Part shown: piece by piece, positions 51,301 through 62,984 of the stretch
Layout: each line of letters begins with the position of its first letter
How positions within the stretch are numbered: position 1 is the stretch's first letter
NCBI GenBank assembly: GCA_010405405.1
Contig: MU004230.1
Coordinates: forward strand, 1,646,627 to 1,710,626
From: Microthyrium microscopicum
Lineage: Eukaryota
Direction: 5' to 3'
Length of the DNA: 64,000 nt
The notes under the pieces: generated by a model
The model's input: the letters and a program-made list of their open reading frames with translations, nothing else
Database searches by the model: none
Told to the model about the DNA's origin: nothing
Position numbers and translations under genes: made by a program

Positions 51301-53210
51301 GAAGAGGTAATAAAAGCGAGCAAGGTTAACAAGCTATTGATTGCAATTTAGCTAGCTAAAGTATAAAAAGACTACTTTCTACCTTTTAATATCCTTAATT
51401 AAGAGTACATTAAGTTAATAGATTATAAAGCTATACTAGATAGTATAGTGCTTTACTAGTAAAAGCTCTTTATTTCTACTACCTACTTATATTATAAAGC
51501 TATAAAGTAGGCTTATTAATATAAGGTTATAAGATATAAAGGAGTTATAATAATATACTATTATTTATAGTAAGACTATTAGTAACTACATATATTAGAG
51601 TTAGTAAAAACTTTCGTTAAGGGCTATTACTATATTTTTACTAAACTTATATATTAAAAGAAGTAAGGTTTATTAAGATCCTTCTTACTACTAGATTATA
51701 CTTAGTTAGATATTTCTATTAACTTTGCTATCTCCTTACTAAGATGTATATACTAAGGAATTATCTACTACTATATTATAGTTATAGTTAATTACTTTAC
51801 ATAGTCTTAGAGATTTATTACTCTCCTTAACCTATTAGTTAAAATAATAGTTATAACGTTTATTAACTACGTTTAGAAGCTTTATAGTTAGCTAGATTCT
51901 ATTCTATTAGATAGAGGAACCTAGTTTACGTTAGTATTTTAGAGCTACTTTTATAAGCGCATTAGCGTTACTCTAAGGCTAAGTATAGCTTAGTATCCTA
52001 AAATAAATAGAATTATAGAAATTTTAATTACTATACTTAAATAGTACTTATACTTATTTATTAACTAGGACTAAGATAATTAAGCCTTATTATTACCCTT
52101 TACTAAGTTCGTAGTTAACTTAGTAATAAGCACTACTATAGGCTTTATACTATTTAAGGCTTAAAATAGTTTCCTACTAAAATTAGGTTTAGAATTAGCT
52201 TATTATCTACTACTTAAGGCTTTATATAAATCCATAGTAGCTTATAAGGAAGTTACCTTAGTAAACTATATCTAGGACGATAAAGAAAAGTTATACTAAT
52301 TCTTAAAGAAATAATTAGTATAGGTATAGTTATAGCAAAAGCTCTACGCTAATAAGTACTAGCGTTTAGTACTTAATCTTTATCTAGGAGATTAGGTTTA
52401 TCTTAACGTTTATAACTATAATATAATACGCCTTTTAAAAACGCTAGATAATAAGAGTATAGGATCATTTAAAGTCCTTTATAAGATTAATAGTATTACT
52501 TATAAATTAAACCTACTTAAGTTAATAAAAATATATTTAGTATTTTACGCTTAGTTATTATACCTTATTAATAATAAGGCTAAGCTTCTTAAGGAAGTTA
52601 ACCCTTTACTAGCTATTATTAGCAAAGTTAAAAGCGAAGAAGAGAAATAGCTTATAGACGTTATTACTAATAGTAAATAAGAAGGCCATAGTAAAGATAA
52701 AGTCTTAAAATATAGAATTAAGTAGAATAGTTATTATAATAAGAGTTAGTAACTATAGTAGAACGTACTTAACGCGCCTAATACTATCTTAAAGTTTTAT
52801 TATCTATATCTTAATAAACTAAGTCTATATTCCTCTTAGAAGCTACTAAAGCCTAACTAAGAAGAAGATTATAATATTAATAATTTGCCTATAGATTAGG
52901 ATTATATAGCATAAAAGCGTTTTGTTTTTATAGTTTTATATCTCTTATTTTTAGTTTATTTTAATAACGCTACTATTAAGACTATTAAATACTATAAACT
53001 ATCTTAAATAGATATTCTTACCTTTATTAATAGGTTTTAATAGTTACTAGGGTTAGTAAATAACGTATTATATATCTCTTAGTAGTAATATATATAAAGG
53101 AGTTTAGTATTTATATAGACTAAACTAGACTAGATTAGACTAGCTTAGCCTAGCTTAGAATAGAATAGATTAGAATAGCCTAGGAGGTTTGTTTTAGAAG
53201 AGGGGAGTTA

Positions 53211-53432
53211 TATAAGGAATCCTTATAGATTTAGTATTTTAGTATTAGATCTAGAGATTTAATCTTATAGATAAGATCTCTTTATCTCGTTTAGGGTTAG
53301 TATGTCTAAGGATCCCCTAAGCCCTATATCTTTATATCCATAGCTCTATCTCTAGATCTTTTCTCTCTGTACGTAGATCCTACAATACTAGCTACATTCT
53401 GCTTGCCTAATCGTGCCTAATAGCTCTTTACA
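53211..53432 (+). repeat. 3' LTR of the Gypsy element
   Basis: Follows the polypurine tract AGAAGAGGGGAG and ends in CTTTACA followed by the target duplication. Confidence 0.93.
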
Positions 53433-54897
53433 ATAAGTAGCTCTTTTAAGGTTTTATTTTCTTTTTTTTTAAGCTTATTATAAGTTAAAATTAAGAAACT
53501 TTATAGTAAATTATATACTAAGTAAAAAAAATAAATACTTAAATAATTAATAAGACCTATCCTATATCTCTTTATAATAAAAATAATAATTTATCTATTT
53601 CTAGAAAGCTAAAGCTAAGAAAGACTTTAAGCTATTTTTAAAAGTAGAGTAAAATCTAGAGTTACATAGATCTAGATTCTTAGTAATCTATTTAAGTTAT
53701 TCTTTCTCTCTTTAGCTACTAGAGTCTAGTAATAGTCTTAGCTTTTACTTCTTAATAAATAAATTATTATTTTTATTATAAAGAGGTATAGAGTAAGCCT
53801 TATTAGCTATTTAAGTATTTATTTTCTCTACTTAGTATATAATTTATTATAGAGTTTCTTAATTTTAACCTATAATAGGCCTAAAAAAAAAATAAGACTT
53901 TAAAAGAGCTACTTATAAACTTTTTTTAGTTATTCTTTACTTATTTCTTTTTTTTAAGAAGAGTTACTCTTTTTAAAAAAAAGAAAAATAAATTTATAAA
54001 TTTAGTATTAAATTAGCTTTTAATTAAGAAAATCTAATCTATTAGCTATAATAGCTTAAACTAAATTAATATATTAAATAGTAAGTAAAGTATAAAGAAT
54101 TCTATAAATAGCTTTTAATAAATAAAAATATAGTAGTAATAACTTAAAATTCTCTTTTTTAAAAAAGAACTAGCTTATAAGATAATTATAATAAAATAAA
54201 ATATAGTAACTTATTATTAAATTATTAAGATTTTATTTTAAATATAAAAATTTTAAAGTTATTTATTATTAGCTTATTAAGTTAATAATTAATTATTATT
54301 ATAAAATTATAATAATAAAGGTAAGAAAAATAACATTATTAATTATAAGATAAGGTAAAGAATTATTAAGACGTAGTAATTTAATCTCTTATATAGAGAA
54401 GGTAGTTTAGACTTATACCTAGGAGGGGCTCCTACCTCTTAATGAATTTAGGAAATTGCGACTGCGTACTTTTATGGCAAGTGCTCTGCGGCTGCACCTA
54501 CCTCATCCAACAACCACCGTTTGCCCAGAGCCTCTCATATATCTATCTATCAAAACCTTCAGAATCTCAGCCCGGGATGTCGTGCTTCACTCGTATCCTC
54601 TCACTACTCTATTCTCACTCTCACCTTCAACCTGGCATTATTTGGTAAGGCTGAGCTGGCCTAGCCAATCCACTAGTTCCATCACCCATCGACGTCCAAC
54701 CAGCTGCCAGCCTGCTTAGCTTGGCTACTACCTACCGCTCACTACTTCAACACCCCTCCCCCTTCACTTGCTCACTCTTCCTTCAACTACATGTCTAGAT
54801 CTGCCGATTCCTAGATCTTCTTAATATTTAACATTTCATACTACTGGACAATTCATAGACCTTAAGCTCGGCCCCTGAGGCCCCTTAATCCTTCAAG

Positions 54898-57214
54898 ATG
54901 ATCGCTGACACCATATACGAGAAATGTCTACCCCTTCTTCAGAACTCGGCCTTGGACGACGATGACCGCACTGAGAAACTCGAAGATCTTGTTCGTACTG
55001 AAGCCTCATTGTCCGGCAAAGAGCTTGAGAACGCTGTACTTGATGCTTTATGGCGATTTCGGTCTGGTAATAGCGACGACCCAACCGCTGCGCGTCCTCC
55101 TTCGCGTCATACTGTTATTCGCCGCGCCTCACCAGCTCCATGGCAGGTCGCAAGAACGCCTACGCCCGCTTCACCAAGACCATCCAATTTGACGCCTAAT
55201 TCCTCCGCCATTTTTCGCAACAGAAGCTCAACAGCCTCACCCTTTGCGAGTCCCCGCGCATCTCCTAGACTCGCCTTTGTGTCACCTTATATTCCACATT
55301 CGCCGCGCCTAGATGCTTACCAACCAAACATGAATACTAGTCCTACACAAGAGCTATATGGCGACCTTGGGAACGACTCAGTGGAGTGGTTGGTAGGGGA
55401 TGATGATAGAAGCAATGCATCCTCTTCGTTTCTTACGGAAGCACTGCATAATGGTGCATCCGCCGAGCTCGGGCATCCCCAAATGGTCATGGATCCGCAT
55501 GATATGCTTCGATCCATATTTGGCGATGAATTATCCAATGATTCCATTCAAAAGTCTCTCGAAGATAACCAGTACGACATTGCTGCTACAATGAGTGCGT
55601 TGATGGAAGCACATAACTTGAATGACACTACCATTCCAATTTCTGCTGCGGAATTTAGTCGTACAGTTTTGGTAGGCAAGTCAATGAGCCCAAACGCTAG
55701 ACCAGTTACACCAGTAGGACAATCCAAGAGCCCGGTCGTTTGTAGGTATTGGCTTGCTTCTGGTAACTGCGCGAGAGCCGACTGTCGATTCAGTCATGAT
55801 ACCACCGGTACCATTTGCAAGTAAGTATAAGCCTGGCGACAATATGATTTCGTCTAACAAATCCAGATACTGGTTACAAGGCAATTGTCTTGCTGGAGAT
55901 ACCTGTGCCTTTTCTCATGATCCAACAATAAGTGTTGCACGACTGATGCAAGATGGGACAGCCACTCCTCCAACTCAACCTAATTTGACTGACTATGATT
56001 CATTTCCAACTTTGCAGCCAGCAGCCATTTTGACTACCAATCAGATCTCACCAGAGTATGCATTGGCTTTTGAACAATTTCATGGCTCATTACCAGGAAG
56101 TATTCCAACTAGCACTCTCAATCCATTAGCTTCATTTACTCCCAGTTCAGCTAGTCAGCCGCACTCTCGTACCGGAAGTAGGCATCATTCTCGTGCCCCA
56201 ACACCATCTGTACCTGCAGTCGATGACAATGATGCTTTTCCAACTCTAGGATCTGTTGCCAAAGGACAAAAGAAACATCATGGAAAGCGAGGTGGCCATG
56301 GACATGGACACTCTCACAAAGAGTCATCGAGCTCCTCCTTGGCAGATGTTGTAAAAATGGCTCCTTCACCAAGCCCTACTCCTCGTAGAAACCAAAAACC
56401 TCGAGTTACTGGTAATGAGAGAGGTCTCAGTGCTGGCGCTCTTGCCATTCCTATACCTCAGGATTTACCTTGGGTCACAACTGGTGATGCTGTTAACAAG
56501 TCTTATGTAAAAGCTAGAGCTGAAGCATTCCGACATGCGGGTCAGCGTAACAAGCTACTCCAAGGGTATGTTAATTCTATCTTTGTTTCTAGCTTCTCTA
56601 ACCTTTGATAGAGCTGCTCAAGCCTACAATCGTCAAGACGCTCGTGCTGCCAAAGCTCTTAGCCTTCGTGGTCAAGCTGAAAATAATCTAATGCGTGAAG
56701 CTCATCGTCGAGCTGCTCAACTTCTCTATGAAGAGCGTAACAAAGATTCAGGTCCAACTGCACGTGAACTCTACGTAGATCTACACGGTATGATGCATTC
56801 ATCTTGAACTTGGGCTTCTCACTGACATCTGAGACAGGTTTACATGCAGAAGAAGCAGTTGCCTACCTTTCAAAGTCACTTCGTGAACATGAAAATGTTT
56901 CACCAATGCGCCCTATATATGCCATCACTGGAACTGCTCATCACTCTCGCAATGGTAAAGACAAAATCGGCAAAGCAGTTCGTGCCTTCCTCATGGAATG
57001 GCGCTATGCTTTCCGAGAATTCACTGGCCCTGGTGATCGTAATGGTATGGGCGGTGTTGTAGGTATCGATCCTACCAGCTGGGATCGATTGCTTAGTCGT
57101 GATTCTTCTATCTCACAGACGCCAGATGCCACTAAAGGTGGATCTCAGAGCACGAAGGTCCTGTCACTCAAGAAAGAGGACATCCCGGTCGAACCTGCAA
57201 TAGAGAGTAGCTAA
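54898..57214 (+). CDS. CCCH zinc-finger and Smr (DUF1771-Smr) domain protein (multi-exon)
   Basis: CRYWLASGNCARADCRFSHD and CKYWLQGNCLAGDTCAFSHD fingers; AAQAYNRQDARAAKALSLRG; YVDLHG/LHAEEAV and YAITGTAHHS Smr motifs. Confidence 0.93.
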
Positions 57215-57332
57215 TGTAGGCACCGAATGAATGAAAAAAAATCGAGATACACTCCTCTTCATTCGACACAGTTGATTCGTACTTGCTAACCCTACATTTA
57301 GCCAAGTCGACCGCATCCACCTACCAAGGCTT

Positions 57333-58297
57333 TCAATACCTAGGACTCAGAAACGCCGCCGAATCACTCTGCGTGCTCGTCCGTCTCCCACCAGTCCTCG
57401 CAATATATCCCGCCTTCATCCCACTTGCACGGCTAAACACCACCTCCGCCTCATCATCAATCTCTCCGCTCGACCTTCTCCTCGGTTGACCAGCAGCTCT
57501 GGTCCCAGTCCACGTACTCGGCCTCCACCAAGCATTACTTTGAGTCTGCTGCACCAATTTCGGCACCACCACCCTCTGCTGCTGTCCTTGCTGTCCCCTC
57601 GTTCGCAGGCCCCTCGGTCTCGGATCTCTTATCACAAACGTCGTTCGATACCAGTCCCCGCGTCTCCAACTAACACTTCGTCGTATCGCACCCATCGTGC
57701 CCTCCTCAATGACTCGCCATGTGAAATTACATTCCCTCACCTTCCTCGTTCTACCCCCCCTCCCTTTTTCCTTCCCCTTGCCATGTCCACTCCCCTCTTC
57801 CCTATCTACTTGCCGCTGTTCTCTGCGATCCCTTCTCTCCGACTCCCTCCGATGCTCAGGAACTTCATCATCCCAGTAATTCGGATGGTCAAAGAAACTG
57901 CTGTCACTCGAATCTGGACCGACGTATGTTTTGGACGCATAGATGCGGCGGATTACGTGGTCTGCGACGGAGTCTTGGGTGCTGGTGGGATCGATTATGG
58001 CGGAGGCGATTGTGTGGCGGGCGGCGTAGATTGGGTGGACGAGCTGGATTGTTAATGGTATGGGCTGTTCAGAGAGCGTCGGTGATGATGGTCGTTCAAG
58101 GGAGGGAGAGGATGGGGATGTTGGTGCAGGCGATTGGTGAATTATGGTTGGAGGGGCGTTGGGTGTGCTGTTGGACTGGGGAGATCAGTTTCGGCTTGAG
58201 GGATGGAGGTTCAGGGGTAAATGGAGAGTGAGAGACTTACACGAGGTGCGGCGGTGCGAAAGCGAGCGCGGAAGGCGGAGAGGGAGATGAATTTCAT
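57333..58297 (-). CDS. Hypothetical protein, low complexity, possible degenerate retropepsin-like segment (2 exons)
   Basis: ATG at 58297 (MKFISLSAFRARFRTAAPR), GTAAGT..CTGAT..CAG intron, then an open frame continuous with ORF 57333-57740. Confidence 0.65.
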
Positions 58298-58987
58298 GAT
58301 ATTATTCCGTAGGAGACGACGTGATAGGATGCTTGATATTGATGGTGGTTTACCACGGCATACTAGAATTGAAGTGGAAAATGTGGCACGCTCAACTCTT
58401 GGACATTAGTCGGTACGTGGCTTGAAAGGACGTAAGAAGCTGAGACGGATACGACTCATATTTAAAGCTGCGTTTGCTAGTGACAAGTGTGGATTGTGAT
58501 GTCGTTGGTTCTACTAGCTTTTCACGATACACTTGCAAGGCGTTTGACGGTCAATCAGGCGCCAACTTCGAAAACTAGGATAGTCCGATCTTTTGCTGAG
58601 ATATGTCATTTTGTATGCAAAGTCAAAAGTCTTCGATTCAAAATAGAGTATGGTTCTAAAGTTTTCACTACAACACGCTGATTCATGGACTTGTGTGACT
58701 TGTGTATTATGGCGTGGCATATTATATTAGTTGAACTCACTGCAAGTTCACAGTCCATGAGCCTTTCTTTTTTTGCTGATAAAGCCCGTTTATGATGGAT
58801 TGGGATACTAGCTATCTTTGCCACTCACGCAAATCGAGGATTTCTAATCAAATAATAAAGAAAAATTGATGGCCATTCTTAGCCTTTGCAATGCATGTAC
58901 CGGTTACCGATGAATCTTCTATTTCCCACGCAACTCTAGTTTTGATTCTCATAGCTATCTTCTAGTTCGTAAAAGAAATGTCACAAT

Positions 58988-59830
58988 CTACATGGAGACC
59001 AAGAATAGGAATATACTAAGACCACCGATGCTTAATGTCCAATGTAATGACTGCTTTGTTGCCCAAGAGGATTTTGTGAGATGTATACTGGGATCGCATT
59101 TGAACCCAATGCCGGTACCATTCGGCCATGTCACATTGTGACACTTTGACCTTTCGACCATGGACTGTGAGACCTGATCCACAACTTGCTGATCAACGGT
59201 AAAGGCGCATGGTATTGGATCAGGCCGTGGAGTTGATAGTAGCGGACAGGCAGGATTGGTTTGGTTTGGTCCTTGTATGCCGACTACGCCTATTGAAGGA
59301 GGACATGAACCGTCTGCTCTAATATCTGGCATAGAACCTGAGGTCTTGCTGATGTTGAAAAATATTCGGTCCCGTCTGCCAGGATAGTTGAAGTCGTCGT
59401 CACGAATATATTTGCCAAAACAACCCAGATCATTTCCTACCACAAAGCCATATTCTAATACCCAGGTCGATTCGTTTGTTCTGGCCATCGAGTTTGAGGC
59501 ATTGATAGCAAGGTATTTGGCTGCAGGAGGACCCCATCCAGCAGGCGCGCCTTCACCGTATCCCTCTCCTATCCTACCTCTGCCTTCGTCGATCTCTCTC
59601 TCTGTCGTCAGCTGTAGTAATCTCCAGGTAACGGCCGGCTTGTAATTCCATGAAGTTGAGAAATTGTGCAGACCGAACACAAAGGGGAATGGGAAAACTG
59701 GTTGATAAACTGTGTTATTTCGGGGAAAGATTAGATCGACCTGAACAGTTGTATCAATGGAGCTGGAAAGAGAGGACTGTGAGAAGAGAGCAGCGATCCA
59801 TAATGAAACAGTGCAGAATTTCAAAATCAT
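58988..59830 (-). CDS. Secreted, probably GPI-anchored fungal glycoprotein of unknown function
   Basis: Signal peptide, VDLIFPRNNTVYQP.FPFPFVFGLHN motif seen in an uncharacterised fungal family, several Cys and N-glycosylation sequons, hydrophobic C-terminus. Confidence 0.85.
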   Translation of the reverse strand: MILKFCTVSLWIAALFSQSSLSSSIDTTVQVDLIFPRNNTVYQPVFPFPFVFGLHNFSTSWNYKPAVTWRLLQLTTEREIDEGRGRIGEGYGEGAPAGWGPPAAKYLAINASNSMARTNESTWVLEYGFVVGNDLGCFGKYIRDDDFNYPGRRDRIFFNISKTSGSMPDIRADGSCPPSIGVVGIQGPNQTNPACPLLSTPRPDPIPCAFTVDQQVVDQVSQSMVERSKCHNVTWPNGTGIGFKCDPSIHLTKSSWATKQSLHWTLSIGGLSIFLFLVSM

Positions 59831-60952
59831 GGTTGCTGCACACAGCTACCCGATGCTTGTAGATTCGTACAGCGATGAAGATTTGTGCTGGGTAGTCTCA
59901 TGTATTCAAGCATGATTTTGAGCACTTAGAAATAAGACGAATTCAAAGCTGATGTGTTCTGCTCGAGATCCTAGACTTAGCAATATTTATACATACACGT
60001 TGTATTCTTGATGGTGTGATTCGCTGATATTAGAGGGCAGGGCTTATTCGATAGACAATATTGGGTGATCTCCTATGTATTCTATTAATGACTTTAAAGT
60101 ACCTGAATCCTACTTTGATCCTTCTAATCAATGTAGTACTTAGCATGGCGGCATATCATGTAACTGTTGAGATTCACAATAACCCATATACATACAAGCT
60201 TATCAAGAGAGTAATGAGCCTGTACTGAGTGTGAATAGCGTTTTCAATATATAAGTGAAGTAAAAGTAAAGCAATGCAGAAAACAATATTTCCAAACTTA
60301 TAAAGGCATTAGCAGAAATTATTCTCCGATTATTGAAATCCTGTGGCACTTGAAGGAACAGGTAAACATCTTATCTCACAGGAACATGCCTATTATTTCC
60401 TATCAATAACAAGTTGTGAAAATGGAGTTCTCTGTTCTCTTCTCTCCTCATGCAGCCAATTTTGCTTAGTTCGGCAACAACCGAAACAGCAGAACTGGTA
60501 CTTCTTAGCATTATTATTTATCAACCGCCAAGCTCATCTGCAATGGTTACCGTTGTTTGCTACTCCTATCCCGGCTCATTTTCGAGTTAGTCGGGTCCAC
60601 TTTTTCCAACCTTGGATGGTGCCGTATTTCCACCACTGTGCATGTACCTAATACTCGCTTGCTGGCCTGGATTGGCCTTCTCATGCTGCCGCTACATTCG
60701 GCCGCGTTTGCTACCAATGAAAGAACAGGATAGCTTGGTAGATGTGGCTGATATTTCAATCTAGTACTTAGACTTGTCGCTCAACCCATAAAAAGTAATG
60801 CGATTCATATCGTGTGACTCTACCTCACTCCTTGCTATCACTGCTTCAATGTTGTTGAACTATTGCGATTCGAGGAGTACATGATTGACCTATAGCGCAC
60901 TTAAATACGTCCAATTTTTTATGCTGCCGATTTAGCAAACAACAAACAGAAT

Positions 60953-62254
60953 ATGGACGCAGAAATCCTCATTATTGGCGCTGGTATGTATCCCAAAGAT
61001 CCTCTCAAGGTCAATACTAATCCACTACAGGCGCAACCGGCTTGGCCCTCGCGCAAGGTCTACGCAGAGTAAGTCCTTTAGCATATCAACACCAAGAATC
61101 GTACAGCTCATGCAGTTATCTAGGCCGGCATATCGTGCATAGTTTTTGAACGTGACGACGGCCTATTCGCCCGTTCCCGCGACTGGAATTTCGCTGTCCA
61201 CTGGAGCGCAGACGCTTTACGAGCCATAATAGGCGACGAAGCATGGAGCAAAATCCAGACTGTTCAAGTGGATCCAAACACGCCGACAAAACATATGGAC
61301 GGCCTCAAATTTCTCAACGCAGCGACTGGAGAATTGGTCAATGAGGCTAAAATTGACTACTTTTATCGGCTTAAACGCAGCGCATTTCGCGAGCTGTTGG
61401 CGGATGGTGTGGATTTACGGTTTGGCAAGAGACTGGAGAGTGTGAATTTCAGCGAGGATGGAGAATGGGCGACGGCAAAGTTCGCAGATGGATCCAATGT
61501 AACTGGACGTATGATTGTGGGTGCGGACGGGCCAAAATCTGTGGTGAGAGATTTGCTGCTCGGAGCGTCAAGGCCGACAAGAATTCCGTATGTGGCTACG
61601 TTTGTCCAGGCTCAGTTTACTAGAGAACAGGCGCTGTTCCTTCGTTCTTTCCATCCGCTCTACCTGGCTGGTGTTCACCCCGATAATATGTTTGCATTTT
61701 TTGGAATGCAAGATGCCTCTGACGCCGAGAAACCAGAAACATGGACGTTCTTCTTCTATATATCATATCATAGTTCTCTGGAGGAGCAAGATCAAGCAGC
61801 AGACTGGACGTCAAGACAGTATTTGGATGTGCTGAAAGAACGGGCAAAGACGTTTTGCGATCCGTGGAAAAGCGCTCTTGAATGGGTCAGTGAAGATCTC
61901 CCTGTCTGGCATTCGACCTTCTCAGACTGGGATCCGAGTGTACCGGAGCACAAATGGGATAACAGGAATGGACGAATGACACTCGCGGGAGATGCAGCGC
62001 ATGTAATGACGGTTCAACGAGGACAGGGACTAAATCATGCCATCACCGACGTTTCTCAGTTACTGGAAGCGATCACAAAAAGCAGAGGAGACGGAACAAC
62101 GAATCAAGCCACAGCTATATCTGATTATGAAGCCAGGATGACTGAGAGATCTGGGGAGGAAGTAAGGCAATGCACTATCAACACTAAAATGCTTCACGAC
62201 TGGGCATCATTCCAGAATAGTCCAGTGATGAAAAAGGGACTGAAAAAGGATTGA
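60953..62254 (+). CDS. FAD-dependent monooxygenase (3 exons)
   Basis: ILIIGAG/ATGLALAQGL Rossmann motif, VFERD, IVGADG and TLAGDAAHVM...GQGLNHAITD fingerprints. Confidence 0.95.
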
Positions 62255-62607
62255 CCCTAGAGGAGGTTACTTGATAAACGAGTTACGACTGTGCTCATTT
62301 TATGTTGTTCTAGGATACCCAGATAACATTTGTAGATATCAGTGTATGAATGATGCAATCTTTTGGTCGATTCCATGGTCACTGTCAATAGCAACTCACC
62401 GACCAAGCCATCATGCTTATTGAACACTACTGCTCAATAACTTCAAAATCTCTGGCATGGCTTATCGGCTGATGATTGTACCTTTGTAGGCTCACTTTTG
62501 TGCTCTCACGCAGTGGTATAAAAATGCTGGGTTTCCCTCTCCTCTGTGGCTCTTCCTACTCTATTATATTCCTCCACCATCATCAAAGATATATACAAGC
62601 CTTAAAG

Positions 62608-62784
62608 ATGTGCGACTGGTACGAGATATATTATGATTCATGCAGGCACCAAGTCTTAGACCACGCTCCCTGCCACCTAGAAGCCACGAATGGCAAGCCT
62701 TGTACACCAGATGCGATTCATTGGGACACAAATTATTATTTCTGTCCTCCTTGCAGGCTGACTTATCTCAATAATACGTTCTAG
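62608..62784 (+). CDS. Small Cys/His-rich protein (58 aa), putative zinc-binding
   Basis: MCDWYEIYYDSCRH.......C.........C...CPPC pattern, aaagATG context and a TATAAAA about 90 nt upstream. Confidence 0.55.
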   Translation: MCDWYEIYYDSCRHQVLDHAPCHLEATNGKPCTPDAIHWDTNYYFCPPCRLTYLNNTF

Positions 62785-62984
62785 CTTGACAGCTTCCCCT
62801 TGCAAATATAACGAAGAAAGACTTTGCGTCTTCAAGTTTATACGTGGGGTCTTTTTAAATCTACGGTATCAATATATGGAGACCAGGTTCAATTGCTATT
62901 GACCGTAATTGCGTGATAAGCGCAACTCTGACGAACAATTTGAGTTGAAGCTTATCCTGCTATGGAAATTGTTCATTTCATCTT

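Larger units (their letters stand above)
45537..53432 (+). mobile_element. Full-length Ty3/Gypsy (chromovirus-type) LTR retrotransposon destroyed by RIP
   Basis: TG...CA ends, ATAAG target duplication (45532-45536 and 53433-53437), twin 222-bp LTRs and a PPT at 53196-53207. The RT motif YLDDILVF survives as TAC CTT AAT AAT ATC TTA GTC TTT at 49948. RNase H, integrase and chromodomain-like remnants follow in that order; no open ORFs. Confidence 0.93.
45022..54426. mobile_element. Foldback/long-TIR non-autonomous element (~1.5 kb once the Gypsy is removed), RIP-mutated
   Basis: 45022 CCTCCTAGGTACGAGTCTAAACTACCTTC matches the reverse complement of the end at 54426. The left arm (45022-45536 plus 53438-~53620) mirrors the right arm (~53736-54426) around a ~115-bp spacer. 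Confidence 0.8.

Noticed and set aside
53123..53180. Short (NNTAG)n pentamer run
   Set aside because: Low-complexity part of the Gypsy 3' untranslated region shaped by RIP; not a separate element or CRISPR array.
45022..54426. AT-rich ORF-free block as a centromere, organellar insertion or contamination
   Set aside because: Fully explained by nested transposons with LTRs, TSDs and RIP-type transitions, and flanked closely by ordinary genes.
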